A DNA stretch of 64,000 bases from a virus (Duplodnaviria > Caudoviricetes), in the IMG/VR virus record IMGVR_UViG_3300028805_000041, positions 128,001-192,000 of that record, one strand, 5' to 3'. The notes beneath the pieces were generated by a model, which ran no database searches, was not told the DNA's origin, and saw only the letters and a list, made by a program, of their open reading frames with translations. Positions 19,661-29,446 of the stretch are shown piece after piece (within the stretch, counting starts at the first letter, position 1; every line of letters starts with the position of its first letter). The position numbers were made by a program, and so were the translations under genes.

Positions 19661-20842
19661 ATGCCAAAACAACCATTAAAAAAGAAAGAAGTAGGGAAGA
19701 CTTCAATCAGTGCATTTAAGTCAAGTCTCGGACTCGGAGGTAAAGACTCCGGTAATGCAGACAAGAAACTCGAGTGGCTCATAATGCCAAAGGGTTTTCA
19801 GGACGCTTTAAAGATTCCCGGATTACCGCTCGGTTATGTTACCACAATTGTCGGGCACTCAAACGTTGGTAAATCAACACTTGTAAATCATGCGGTCGTT
19901 GCTGCACAAAGGCGTGGTGATATTCCTGTAATTTATGACACGGAGAATAATTTCGACTTCACATATGCAATCAATATGGGTCTTGAAGCAGAACCTGTAT
20001 ATGGTGATATTGAAGTTGAGGTATTCAATCAGGAAACCAATGAATTTGAGACGAAAATTGAGCGCAGAATAGTAAGTTATGAAGGTGACTTCATCTATTT
20101 TAACAATGCACTACTCGCTGAACGTTACGGTAAGATGGATTATTCAACCGGTAAGGAAACAAAGGCAGCAAGAAAGACAGCCGTAATTGAAGATATTGCT
20201 GCAAGTATGAAGGAATTGCTTGATGCACAAGACAGGGGCGAAATAGACAGAGGCTTTATGTTTGTATGGGATTCAGTCGGATCAATTGGCTCATTTAAGT
20301 CATACAAATCTGCTGTAGGTAACAATATGTTTGATGCCGGTGCAATCAGTCAGGCATTTCAGGGTATTGTGAATGACAGAATTCCGCGTTCAAGAAAGGT
20401 GACTTCAGAATGCACCAATACACTCATTCTTGTCAACAAGGTATGGCTTGATTCAATGACCGCACCAATGGCACAACCATCACTTTCTTTGAAGGGTGGC
20501 AATTCAATGTATTACGCTTCGAGACTTATCATTCTTCTTGGTGGTACATTGAAGGCTGCAACAAAGAAACTTGTAGCATCATCAAAGGGTGTTAATTACA
20601 ACTATGGTATTGACACAAAAATCAAGGTACTCAAGAATCAACTTCCTGCACCTTATACGGTGACATATGAGGGAAATGTCTTGTGTACGGCTCATGGAAT
20701 GCTTGCACCGGATGAGGCTGATGATTACAAGAAGAACTACATTGGTGACATTTTGAAACAGTTGGAGGAAATTTCCAATGGTGAAGTGTCAATTAGTGAG
20801 GATGACATTGTATTCTCAACAGAGGAAAGTGAAGAAGCGTAA
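19661..20842 (+). CDS. recA: RecA/UvsX-like recombinase
   Basis: Walker A GHSNVGKST, YDTE, Walker B FVWDSVGS, LVNK, KGGNSMYY, IKVLKN. Confidence 0.85.
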   Translation: MPKQPLKKKEVGKTSISAFKSSLGLGGKDSGNADKKLEWLIMPKGFQDALKIPGLPLGYVTTIVGHSNVGKSTLVNHAVVAAQRRGDIPVIYDTENNFDFTYAINMGLEAEPVYGDIEVEVFNQETNEFETKIERRIVSYEGDFIYFNNALLAERYGKMDYSTGKETKAARKTAVIEDIAASMKELLDAQDRGEIDRGFMFVWDSVGSIGSFKSYKSAVGNNMFDAGAISQAFQGIVNDRIPRSRKVTSECTNTLILVNKVWLDSMTAPMAQPSLSLKGGNSMYYASRLIILLGGTLKAATKKLVASSKGVNYNYGIDTKIKVLKNQLPAPYTVTYEGNVLCTAHGMLAPDEADDYKKNYIGDILKQLEEISNGEVSISEDDIVFSTEESEEA

Positions 20843-20864
20843 CTTAAAATTTCTTTCATTGTGG

Positions 20865-20901
20865 ATAAATGCAGTCAGAAATGGCTGCATTTATTGTTTT
20901 T
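20865..20901 (+). terminator. Rho-independent terminator
   Basis: ataaatgcagtca-gaaa-tggctgcatttat hairpin with GAAA loop followed by a T-rich tract. Confidence 0.75.
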
Positions 20902-20906
20902 GGAAG

Positions 20907-20913
20907 TATTTAT
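20907..20913 (+). promoter_or_regulatory. putative late promoter TATTTAT
   Basis: 21 nt upstream of ATG 20935. Confidence 0.55.
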
Positions 20914-20934
20914 CTAAAAATATACTTTTGATTT

Positions 20935-21831
20935 ATGAAAAGGGTCACACAATCTGAGTTGTCACAAATGATATATGAGGCTATAGGTGAAAGTTTTTTT
21001 AATGGAGGTAATGACACCCAAAATGATGTTGTGAGTGTTAAAAATACGGAGATGTTCATCAATTACATTAAAGAAATTAATCAAGAACTATATGAATTGT
21101 ATAATTGGTTGAATGAGATTAAAAAAACAAAGAATTATGAGAAACCCCATGCATGGGGTAATAAACAAGGGGTCAACGAAAGTATAGTTAAAGAGTGTGT
21201 AAGAAGGAGTATTAGAAGATTTTTGAATGAAAGCGGCGAGATACAACTTGATCCGAATGCCATTGCTAATATGGAGACCATAATAAACAATGCCAAAAGA
21301 AATGGTGGTCAAATTAGTCAGAAAGAACAGGAAAATTTGATGAGAGACCTTCAAATAAATCAGAATTTTAATGATAGGAGCTTTAATTACCAAGAAAACT
21401 ATAAAAAAAGTCAAATAGAAAACAGAATTGGCAAATTGTTGCAGAGTATGGCATCAAAGTATGTCGAAATATATAAAGAATTAAAGAAGTATTCATCTTT
21501 AAATGAAAATTTCCTTAAAAATCTATTTAAGAATGCTTTTAATAATAGTGAATTTGGACGAAATTATAATGCATGGCAGGAAGAAAAAGCAACTAAAGAT
21601 CTTAGGGATTTAAAGAACCCCAAAGAAATTATGACACTTCTTAAAAATACGTATGAAAGGGTTTTCAGACCATTATATAATAGTGTGGTAAACGGGGCTT
21701 ATGATAATGCAATTGCTTTATCAGAGAAATTGAATAACTGCAACGAACAGATTTTAGAAAAGTTAGGAAAAATTCAAGAAACCGGAAATGAACAGACCCA
21801 ACAGCAACAAAATGGCAATCAACAACAATAA
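20935..21831 (+). CDS. hypothetical protein, possible internal head protein
   Basis: N/Q/K-rich and helical, with repeated hydrophobic-x-E segments (IYEAIGES, VNESIVKE, FLNES, LNEN); has its own TATTTAT promoter. Confidence 0.55.
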   Translation: MKRVTQSELSQMIYEAIGESFFNGGNDTQNDVVSVKNTEMFINYIKEINQELYELYNWLNEIKKTKNYEKPHAWGNKQGVNESIVKECVRRSIRRFLNESGEIQLDPNAIANMETIINNAKRNGGQISQKEQENLMRDLQINQNFNDRSFNYQENYKKSQIENRIGKLLQSMASKYVEIYKELKKYSSLNENFLKNLFKNAFNNSEFGRNYNAWQEEKATKDLRDLKNPKEIMTLLKNTYERVFRPLYNSVVNGAYDNAIALSEKLNNCNEQILEKLGKIQETGNEQTQQQQNGNQQQ

Positions 21832-21872
21832 TTGTTAATTCCTATTGTTGTCAGTCATTGTTTTTGATTTAT

Positions 21873-21884
21873 TTGTATATTTGT
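21873..21884 (+). promoter_or_regulatory. Bacteroidota-type promoter TTGTATATTTGT
   Basis: TAnnTTTG box upstream of ATG 21905. Confidence 0.65.
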
Positions 21885-21904
21885 AATATACATTTTTTAA
21901 AACG

Positions 21905-23098
21905 ATGTCACAACCCGTAAGAAAACAAATTCAAGAAACATATTCTGATATCATAAAGGAAAAACCAATATACACATTATTGGTTGACGGAAACAGCCTT
22001 CTTTTCTCATGCTTTGCTGATGATAAGATCAACAGTGAGGGTGTCCATTATGGAGGTGTGTATCAGTTCCTTCTTCAGCTGAGAATGCTTATGCAGAAGA
22101 AGGATTTCGATTATATATATGTATTTTTTGACAATGAGTATTCCGGGTGGTTAAGATGGGACATCTATAAACCATACAAGCAGAATCGAGACAAGAATTA
22201 CGAGGATTATGCCCTTTCCGAATATATGAAGGCTTGTAATGCAAAGATAAGATCAATGCAAGACTACTTCTTCAACAAGAACAAGAAGAAAGAAACCCCA
22301 AATAAGAAAACAAACAAATGGGAAGAGTTCATTGATGCCAATTTTGACAGGGAAAGGGACATTCTTTGTAGATACTTCAACGAATTGTTCATAAGATGGT
22401 ATATTGACGAAATAGTTGAGGGTGATGACCTGATATCCTATTATTGTCTGAATAAAAAACCGGAGGAAAAGATAGTGATAGTGTCATCTGATATGGATCT
22501 TTCACAACTATTGTCTGATGACATATGCATCTACAACCAAAAAAAGAAAAAATTCATTACAGATAAGAACTTTAGTGAATACTTTGGATACTATTATGAA
22601 AATACTTTGATCAAGAAGATATTTTGTGGTGATGTAAGTGACAACATTGGAAATATAAAGGGTTTGTCAGAGGAAGGTTTTGCAAAAATGATGCCCGAAT
22701 ACACCACAAAGAAGATAACAGTTGAAGATGTTAAGGAAAGAGCAAAGAAACTGATTGACGAACGTGTTTCATCAAAGAAAAAACCATTACAAGTTCACGA
22801 AAATATAGTTAATGGCGTTTCAAACAAGAAATATGATGGGGATTTTTATGACATTAACAAAAAAATCATAGATTTGAAACACCCCCTATTGACCGATGAT
22901 GCAAAGAATGAGATGGATGCGATGATGTATGCACCACAGGACCCCGATGGCAGATCATTTGAGAATTTATATGAAATGATAAACGAGGACGGTATTATCG
23001 AACTTATTGGGGCAACAAAATTCGCAAGTTTCTTCAATTTATACAAGCGCCTAACCGAAAAAGAAATTAAAAGATACAACGAAGAATACGGAAAATAA
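21905..23098 (+). CDS. 5'-3' exonuclease / T4 RNase H-like flap nuclease
   Basis: LLVDGNSL, YKQNR, VEGDDLI, SSDMDLSQL and GDVSDNIGNIKG motifs. Confidence 0.85.
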   Translation: MSQPVRKQIQETYSDIIKEKPIYTLLVDGNSLLFSCFADDKINSEGVHYGGVYQFLLQLRMLMQKKDFDYIYVFFDNEYSGWLRWDIYKPYKQNRDKNYEDYALSEYMKACNAKIRSMQDYFFNKNKKKETPNKKTNKWEEFIDANFDRERDILCRYFNELFIRWYIDEIVEGDDLISYYCLNKKPEEKIVIVSSDMDLSQLLSDDICIYNQKKKKFITDKNFSEYFGYYYENTLIKKIFCGDVSDNIGNIKGLSEEGFAKMMPEYTTKKITVEDVKERAKKLIDERVSSKKKPLQVHENIVNGVSNKKYDGDFYDINKKIIDLKHPLLTDDAKNEMDAMMYAPQDPDGRSFENLYEMINEDGIIELIGATKFASFFNLYKRLTEKEIKRYNEEYGK

Positions 23099-23105
23099 AA
23101 AAATG

Positions 23106-23117
23106 TTGTATATTTGT
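23106..23117 (+). promoter_or_regulatory. Bacteroidota-type promoter TTGTATATTTGT
   Basis: TAnnTTTG box upstream of ATG 23156. Confidence 0.65.
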
Positions 23118-23155
23118 ATTGAATTTATTGTTTAACCTTTTAAAAATATTTTTTT

Positions 23156-23980
23156 ATGACTGAAAAAACAGTTAATGAACTTCAGAGCGCAGCAAAAAAG
23201 GAGCGTTTTGAATTTGTACTTACAATTAACGGCAATATCGTTTGCCAACGTTATTTTAGGATTAATGGTTTCAATAACGAATCACTTCGTTCATTTGAAC
23301 TTGTTGAAACCATTGACAAATGTGTGTCCTTGATTGACCGAGACCTTAAGGCTAAGTCGCACATTTATCACGAATGTGCCGCACCACAGGTATTTGACAC
23401 TATTGACAGTATGAACAGGTGGGTTGAAAACCCAAGAGAGAGAAAGTTCACTATCAAGGTACCTTCGTTTGTTGTTACGAGAGATAGTGACGACACGTTT
23501 GTTTGGAATGGTGTTGGAATGGAGAAGTATGACAAGTACTTTAATAAGGCTGATTTCCTCCAACCAAGTGATGGTGAGTGTGTTTTAAAGTTCGCATTCC
23601 TTGACAGTGGTCATGAGGTCTGCTCAAAGGTATGGGACGGAGCCGTTTATCCGCGTTTTGTGAGGACTAACATCGATTTGTCCAACTCTAAGAACAAGTA
23701 TGAGGGTGGCGACCTCTTCGCACCATTTGAATCCGGTCTTATTAAGATGTTCAACGAGAGCCAAACCGACTTGATTCCTATTATTGTGAAGGAAATCTGC
23801 AACTGTTGTAGTAGTAAGGACGAATATGTCACAAGTGACACATACAACACCGTTGTTGACGGCAAGGTTACAGGAACAAAGAAGTACAACTTCGACATTT
23901 GGCTTCAAAACTATAAATTCTACAAGAAACTCGAAAGGGTATACAAACAGAAAACTGACAAGTACTTTGGTAGGGGTTAA
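23156..23980 (+). CDS. hypothetical protein upstream of helicase
   Basis: 274 aa; FEFVLTINGNIVCQRYF and WDGAVYPRFVRTNIDL segments; function unknown. Confidence 0.65.
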   Translation: MTEKTVNELQSAAKKERFEFVLTINGNIVCQRYFRINGFNNESLRSFELVETIDKCVSLIDRDLKAKSHIYHECAAPQVFDTIDSMNRWVENPRERKFTIKVPSFVVTRDSDDTFVWNGVGMEKYDKYFNKADFLQPSDGECVLKFAFLDSGHEVCSKVWDGAVYPRFVRTNIDLSNSKNKYEGGDLFAPFESGLIKMFNESQTDLIPIIVKEICNCCSSKDEYVTSDTYNTVVDGKVTGTKKYNFDIWLQNYKFYKKLERVYKQKTDKYFGRG

Positions 23981-23992
23981 TTCTTAAAAATT

Positions 23993-25438
23993 ATGACAAA
24001 AGCAGTAAAGAAAACACTTGGTTATCTTGGTGTAGACTTTCAGTATCGTCTTGTCAATGCATTTTTTGAACGACCCAAGTTCTTCAAGGATTTGTATTCG
24101 ATAATTGACCAAAATATGTTCACTGAAACATATTTGAAGACAATTGTCGGTATAATGAAGGAATATTATGCCAAATATGAGTCGGTTCCGTCATATGATA
24201 TGCTAAAGATCAAGATAAATGAAATAGCATTCAATGATGATGACGCTCAATTCTATAACGAAACCCTCGAAAAACTCAAGGATACCACAACTGAAGGTAT
24301 TGATGAGGTCGAAGATATGGCTGAAAAGTTTTTCAAACAACAGAATTGGGTTAGGGTCGCTAACGAGATAATTAAAATCGCAGGTTACGGCGACATGTCC
24401 AAATATGATGATTGTCAAAAACTTATGGAAGATGCAATGTCAGTTGGACGCCACAATGACGATGATATGACATCACCGCTCGATTCTGTAGAGGACGACC
24501 TTTCTGAAGAATCACATGTCTCTATACCAACAGGTATATCCAAATTGGATGAAACGCTTGGTGGCGGTCTTGATAAAGGCAAACTCGGACTTATAATCGG
24601 TCCAAGTGGTTTCGGAAAGACATCAATGACAACGGGACTTGCAGCATATGCAGCCACATACGCTTGTGAACAGAATGACTTTAAGGGGTATAAGGTACTT
24701 CAGATTGTCTTTGAGGATACGCAGAGGGATATCCATAGAAAATATTTCTCAAGACTGACACAAATCGAAACCTGTAGAATCAATGAGACCCCCGAGACCA
24801 CCGCAATGGTTAGGGCAATTCTTGATACACACCCAGACAGGGATAAAATCAAGAACAATATCAGGATTATGCGTCTTAAATCAGGTGTATTTTCGGCAAG
24901 CGATATACGTGGAAAGATTAAAAAACTCATAAATGAGGGTTTCAAGCCTGATATGGTAATCATTGACTACTTTGAATGTGTCGATGCGGAAAGAGGCACC
25001 AAGACACTTACAAAGTGGGAACAGGAGGCGAAGACAATGCGTTGTTTTGAGAATGATGCGGCAGAATTGGATATTGCACTGTGGATTCCTGTACAAGGAA
25101 ACAGAGATAGTATTTCAGCAGAACTTGTGACTATGGATAAAGCCGGTGGCGCAATCCAAAAAGTACAAATTGCACAGGTCATACTCAGTATCACAAGAAG
25201 TGTTGAGGACACCAAGAATCAGAAAGCAACCCTGTCCGTTTTGAAGAATAGAAGCGGTGCTGCGGGTATAGTGCTGAATGGCATTAAGTTCAACAACGGA
25301 ACCTGTACTATCAGTTGCGACGAGGTAATTGAATTTGATGATGCCCTATCTTATGACAATTATGTGGAAGACTTTGAAAATAAGGCAGTTAATGCCGCAA
25401 AGAAGTCAATTATCGCAACAATTAACGGGTCAAAATAA
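23993..25438 (+). CDS. dnaB: replicative DNA helicase (DnaB/T4 gp41-like)
   Basis: IPTGISKLDETLGGG, Walker A GPSGFGKT, FED, VIIDY, QGNR, VLKNRSG. Confidence 0.9.
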   Translation: MTKAVKKTLGYLGVDFQYRLVNAFFERPKFFKDLYSIIDQNMFTETYLKTIVGIMKEYYAKYESVPSYDMLKIKINEIAFNDDDAQFYNETLEKLKDTTTEGIDEVEDMAEKFFKQQNWVRVANEIIKIAGYGDMSKYDDCQKLMEDAMSVGRHNDDDMTSPLDSVEDDLSEESHVSIPTGISKLDETLGGGLDKGKLGLIIGPSGFGKTSMTTGLAAYAATYACEQNDFKGYKVLQIVFEDTQRDIHRKYFSRLTQIETCRINETPETTAMVRAILDTHPDRDKIKNNIRIMRLKSGVFSASDIRGKIKKLINEGFKPDMVIIDYFECVDAERGTKTLTKWEQEAKTMRCFENDAAELDIALWIPVQGNRDSISAELVTMDKAGGAIQKVQIAQVILSITRSVEDTKNQKATLSVLKNRSGAAGIVLNGIKFNNGTCTISCDEVIEFDDALSYDNYVEDFENKAVNAAKKSIIATINGSK

Positions 25439-25447
25439 TGTAAGTAT

Positions 25448-25497
25448 AAAGGTATCAGTTTGTTATCTAAAAAGGTAAAAATTTGATGCCTTTTTTA
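25448..25497 (+). terminator. probable terminator
   Basis: aaaggtatca...tgatgccttt stem plus T run after the helicase gene. Confidence 0.5.
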
Positions 25498-25551
25498 TTG
25501 AAAATATAAGCTTAGTTAGGTATATATTATTATATAAAAATAATAGAATGT

Positions 25552-27756
25552 ATGATAGTAATTAAGAGAGACAATTCCGAGGAATTATTTCAGGTTGAGA
25601 AAATTGAGAGGGTAGTAAAGAAGGCGTTTGAATCGTGTGGTCTCAGAATGGAATACAGCGTAATTGACTGTATCATTTCGGATTACGACATTGACTCCGA
25701 CACCTATGTTAAGGCGCAGGAACTACAGGATAGGATAGAGAAGTGTCTTATGGATGTAAACAAGGATGCAGCAAGAGCCTACATTGCAAATCACGAACAA
25801 CAGTACGGTAAGACAAAGGTACTGAAAAAGGACAATGATTTCATCAATGACTACATAAACGCATCCAACGCATCAACGGGGTCAAAATATGATGCAAATG
25901 CAAATGTGGAGAATAAGAATATCGTCACTCTCGGACAGGAACTTCACAAGGGGAAGAATATTCAGCAGAATAGATATATGATGCAGAATAAATTGAGACA
26001 ACTGTATTCAAAAAAACTCGCAAATCAGTATGTGAAGGACCTTGAAAGCCATATACTGTACAAACACGATGAATCAGGTACACCTGGTTATCCATATTGT
26101 GTGGCAATCACTATGTATCCGTTCCTTATCGATGGTCTAAAGGAACTTGGTGGGCAATCAACCGCACCAACTGATTTAAAGTCGTTTTGTGGTGAATTCA
26201 TTAACTTAGTTTACTCTGTTTCTTCACAGTTTATGGGTGCTGTAGCAACCCCGGAGTTCCTTATGTATATGGATTATTTCATTAGAAAGGATTATGGTGA
26301 AGACTATTTAAACAAACTTAATGCGGTTGTTGAAATAAATAGAAAGAACAGGACACTTGAAGAGGTAATTGAAAATTGTTTTCAACAAGTCGTACATTCT
26401 ATGAATATGCCGGCAGGTAATCGTGGTTATCAGACCGTCTTTTGGAATATCGGCTATTTTGATGTGAATTATTTCAATGGCGTATTTGGTGAATTCAAGT
26501 TCCCTGACGGTACAAAGCCAAAGTGGGAGACATTGTCTTGGTTACAGAAAAAGTTTATGAAGTGGTTCAATCAGGAGAGGACAAAATACATCCTAACATT
26601 CCCTGTAGAGACTATGGCTATGCTTACAGACGGTCATGACGTTGTCGATAAGGAATATGCTGATTTCACCGCCGAAATGTGGGCTGAAGGTCACTCATTC
26701 TTCTGTTATCTCAGTGATTCGCCCGATAGTCTCTCCAGCTGTTGCCGGTTACGCAACTCATTGAAAGACAGTCAGGATGATGAACACAACCAAACAACAC
26801 ACCAATTCTCTATGGGTACCGCATCAGTTGCAACCGGTTCCAAGTCAGTAATGACAATCAACTTAAACAGGCTTGTACAGGATGCAACAAGAAAGTACTA
26901 TCACGATGTAGAAGGAAGGGATTTGGAACCTGAGAAGCAAGTTGATGTCGCTTCCGTAAAGGACAAGGTTGAACTTTATAGTATGATTGCTACAGAGTTG
27001 GTTAGTGTTGTGGAAAGGGTGCATAAGTACCAAAAGGCTTTCAATTCCATTATTAAGGACTTCTTCAATGCAAATATGCTTGATGTTTACAGGGCGGGAT
27101 TCATTGATCTCAAGAAACAATATCTTACTATTGGTGTTAACGGTTTGACTGATGCTGCTGAGTTCCTTTCTATCGAACCAAATCTCAATAAGGATTATGA
27201 AGAGTTTGTCAATCTAATTCTCGAAACAATCAATAAGTCGAATAAGAAGGACAGGACAAGGGATTGTATGTTCAACACTGAATTTGTACCCGGTGAGAAT
27301 TTGAGTAATAAAAACTATAAGTGGGACAAATTGGACGGATATTATGTTTCTCCAAAGCATATTATGTACAGTAGTTACTTCTTTAACCCTGAGGATGATA
27401 GTCTGTCAATAATCGACAAGATGAAACTGCACGGAAACAATTTTGTCAAGTACCTTGACGGTGGACAGGCTGCACATCTGAATATCAATGAGCACCTTTC
27501 ATTTGCCCAATATAGGCAACTCTTAAAGGTTGCAGCAGAGAATGGGTGTAGTTATTATACATTCAACTGCAAGAACACCGTATGTAATGATTGTGGCTAT
27601 ATAAGTAAGGACACATTGGATACCTGTCCGAAGTGTGGAAGTCAGAATCTCGATTACCTGACAAGAATAATTGGGTATCTCAAGAGAGTTTCTTCATTTG
27701 CTGAACCAAGACAGATTGAGGAAGGTATGAGATACTATTCAAAAAGCGAAGAATAA
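25552..27756 (+). CDS. nrdD: anaerobic (class III) ribonucleoside-triphosphate reductase with ATP cone
   Basis: N-terminal VIKRD ATP cone, YKHD...PYC, SCCRL, CNDC...CPKC Zn site and glycyl-radical TRIIGYL. Confidence 0.95.
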   Translation: MIVIKRDNSEELFQVEKIERVVKKAFESCGLRMEYSVIDCIISDYDIDSDTYVKAQELQDRIEKCLMDVNKDAARAYIANHEQQYGKTKVLKKDNDFINDYINASNASTGSKYDANANVENKNIVTLGQELHKGKNIQQNRYMMQNKLRQLYSKKLANQYVKDLESHILYKHDESGTPGYPYCVAITMYPFLIDGLKELGGQSTAPTDLKSFCGEFINLVYSVSSQFMGAVATPEFLMYMDYFIRKDYGEDYLNKLNAVVEINRKNRTLEEVIENCFQQVVHSMNMPAGNRGYQTVFWNIGYFDVNYFNGVFGEFKFPDGTKPKWETLSWLQKKFMKWFNQERTKYILTFPVETMAMLTDGHDVVDKEYADFTAEMWAEGHSFFCYLSDSPDSLSSCCRLRNSLKDSQDDEHNQTTHQFSMGTASVATGSKSVMTINLNRLVQDATRKYYHDVEGRDLEPEKQVDVASVKDKVELYSMIATELVSVVERVHKYQKAFNSIIKDFFNANMLDVYRAGFIDLKKQYLTIGVNGLTDAAEFLSIEPNLNKDYEEFVNLILETINKSNKKDRTRDCMFNTEFVPGENLSNKNYKWDKLDGYYVSPKHIMYSSYFFNPEDDSLSIIDKMKLHGNNFVKYLDGGQAAHLNINEHLSFAQYRQLLKVAAENGCSYYTFNCKNTVCNDCGYISKDTLDTCPKCGSQNLDYLTRIIGYLKRVSSFAEPRQIEEGMRYYSKSEE

Positions 27757-27759
27757 AAA

Positions 27760-28020
27760 ATGAAATTATTAAAATTTTCCGCCCCTTGGTGTGGGCAGTG
27801 TAAGGTTCTCTCAAAGAATATGAAGGGCTTTGATGCCTGTGAGGTTGTTGAATGTGATGTTGAGGATGATGCTAATGAGAGTATTGTTGGCAAATATTCA
27901 ATTAAAAGTCTACCAACATTGGTCCTCGTTAATGATGACGGTTCAGAAATAAAGAGATGGAACGGTATTGTTAATGTTAATGACCTTAAGATTGAAATAG
28001 AGGGACTTAAAAATGACTAA
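27760..28020 (+). CDS. thioredoxin
   Basis: FSAPWCGQCK active site and IKSLPTLV. Confidence 0.9.
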   Translation: MKLLKFSAPWCGQCKVLSKNMKGFDACEVVECDVEDDANESIVGKYSIKSLPTLVLVNDDGSEIKRWNGIVNVNDLKIEIEGLKND

Positions 28021-28471
28021 GTACTACAATGCAATGGTGGTTTTTGAGGAGATTCCCGACGAAATCACCCTTGCTATCAATATTACAAACTGTCCTTGCA
28101 GATGTCCCGGCTGTCATTCAAAGTTTTTATGGGGTGACATCGGTGATGAATTGACAAATGAGGAATGTTCTAAACTTGTGGAGAAAAACAAGGGAGTAAC
28201 GTGTGTTTGTTTTATGGGTGGCGATGCTAATCCTGAGGAAATAAATGATTTGGCGGTGTATGTCAAGAACAATTTAGGTCTTAAACCTGCGTGGTATAGT
28301 GGGATGGACGAAATGAGTGAAAAGATAGATGTCAATAATTTTTCATACATCAAAATCGGGCGATATGATGAAAAATACGGACCGCTTAACGTTAAAACGA
28401 CAAATCAGAAGTTGTATAAGGTTTCTAATGGAGAATTGAATGACATAACGGAAAGGTTTTGGAAAAGATAG
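28013..28471 (+). CDS. nrdG: anaerobic RNR activase (radical SAM)
   Basis: CPCRCPGCHS CxxxCxxC motif, FMGGD, IKIGRY...TTNQ; adjacent to nrdD. Confidence 0.9.
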   Translation: MTKYYNAMVVFEEIPDEITLAINITNCPCRCPGCHSKFLWGDIGDELTNEECSKLVEKNKGVTCVCFMGGDANPEEINDLAVYVKNNLGLKPAWYSGMDEMSEKIDVNNFSYIKIGRYDEKYGPLNVKTTNQKLYKVSNGELNDITERFWKR

Positions 28472-28473
28472 GG

Positions 28474-28502
28474 AAAGAGGTGCAAAAAACACCTCTTTTT
28501 TT
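28474..28502 (+). terminator. Rho-independent terminator
   Basis: aaagaggtg-caaaaaa-cacctcttt followed by a T run. Confidence 0.8.
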
Positions 28503-28514
28503 GTGTTTATAGGA

Positions 28515-28521
28515 TATTTAT
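28515..28521 (+). promoter_or_regulatory. putative late promoter TATTTAT
   Basis: 22 nt upstream of ATG 28544. Confidence 0.55.
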
Positions 28522-28543
28522 ATATGATATAACTCAAATTAGA

Positions 28544-28921
28544 ATGTTTGATTACAAACCATATATAAAATCATTGACAAATTTTATGTACAAGAACGGA
28601 TATACAAAGAAACCGTTCCCAAAGGTGTGCTTAATCACAAAGAAACAGGATGAAAAAGTGTTCATAAGAACAGCAAATTACAATCCTGACGAACATATTG
28701 TGAATTTATATATAGCGGATAGACACCCAAAGGATGTTTTGAGGTCATTTGCACATGAGATGATACATCACAAGCAGAATATTGAAGGGAGGCTTGGAGA
28801 AGGGAGTTATGAAGGTGAAAGAATCGTCGATGATGACAAACTGATGGGTCTTGAGAAGGAAGCGTATTTATATGGCAACATTTCCTTCAGAAAATGGACC
28901 GAAACAGTACATAAGGATTGA
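28544..28921 (+). CDS. small HExxH zincin-like metallopeptidase
   Basis: LRSFAHEMIHHKQ plus downstream EKEAY third-ligand motif. Confidence 0.7.
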   Translation: MFDYKPYIKSLTNFMYKNGYTKKPFPKVCLITKKQDEKVFIRTANYNPDEHIVNLYIADRHPKDVLRSFAHEMIHHKQNIEGRLGEGSYEGERIVDDDKLMGLEKEAYLYGNISFRKWTETVHKD

Positions 28922-28976
28922 AAACAAGTTTATTTGCTTGTTTTTCATAAAAGCAAGTGTTATCGCTTGCTTTTTT
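28921..28976 (+). terminator. tandem hairpin terminators
   Basis: aaaacaag...cttgtttt followed by aaaagcaagtg-ttat-cgcttgctttttt. Confidence 0.65.
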
Positions 28977-29023
28977 CTGTTTATAGTGTTATATTTTACA
29001 TAAGTAAAATAATTGATTTCCGG

Positions 29024-29030
29024 TATTTAT
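29024..29030 (+). promoter_or_regulatory. putative late promoter TATTTAT (baseplate operon)
   Basis: 18 nt upstream of ATG 29049. Confidence 0.55.
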
Positions 29031-29048
29031 TGTTATATAAATAGCATT

Positions 29049-29441
29049 ATGGCAGAAACAACTCAATATTATGGTATAAAGTTCCCCTTTACCGACAATA
29101 ATAACAAGGGGTTCTTTATTGATTTGAACGGCAATCCTGAAGACAAGATTGCAAGTGAAATACTCCACACAATCCTGACAACAAAGGGTACGAGGATACG
29201 TAGACCTGATTTTGGCACGAGATTAATAGATTTTATCTTTGAACCAAGTGACGAACTTACATGGGATAAGGTCGAGGCTGAGGTCAAAAGTGCCGTTCAG
29301 AGATTTGTTCCAAAGACGGTGTTAAACAACATAGAAATTTATGTTGATGAAAATAATGACAGTGCAATCTTTCTTGACCTGGATTATAGCGTAACGAGAG
29401 GTTTGCATATCGTAAATAACAGAATGGTAGTTAAGTTATAA
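29049..29441 (+). CDS. baseplate wedge protein, gp25/GPW family
   Basis: YGIKFPF...ILTTKGTRIRRPDFGTRLIDFIFEP; ATG at 29049. Confidence 0.85.
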   Translation: MAETTQYYGIKFPFTDNNNKGFFIDLNGNPEDKIASEILHTILTTKGTRIRRPDFGTRLIDFIFEPSDELTWDKVEAEVKSAVQRFVPKTVLNNIEIYVDENNDSAIFLDLDYSVTRGLHIVNNRMVVKL

Positions 29442-29446
29442 TTTTT

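Noticed and set aside
25498-25526. Sigma70-like TTGAAA-17-TATATA promoter upstream of nrdD
   Set aside because: Single occurrence in very AT-rich DNA and inconsistent with the TAnnTTTG pattern elsewhere; it could be chance.
19661-27756. Inteins or introns in RecA, helicase or NrdD
   Set aside because: Lengths are ordinary, motifs are contiguous, and no intein terminal signatures or interruptions were seen.
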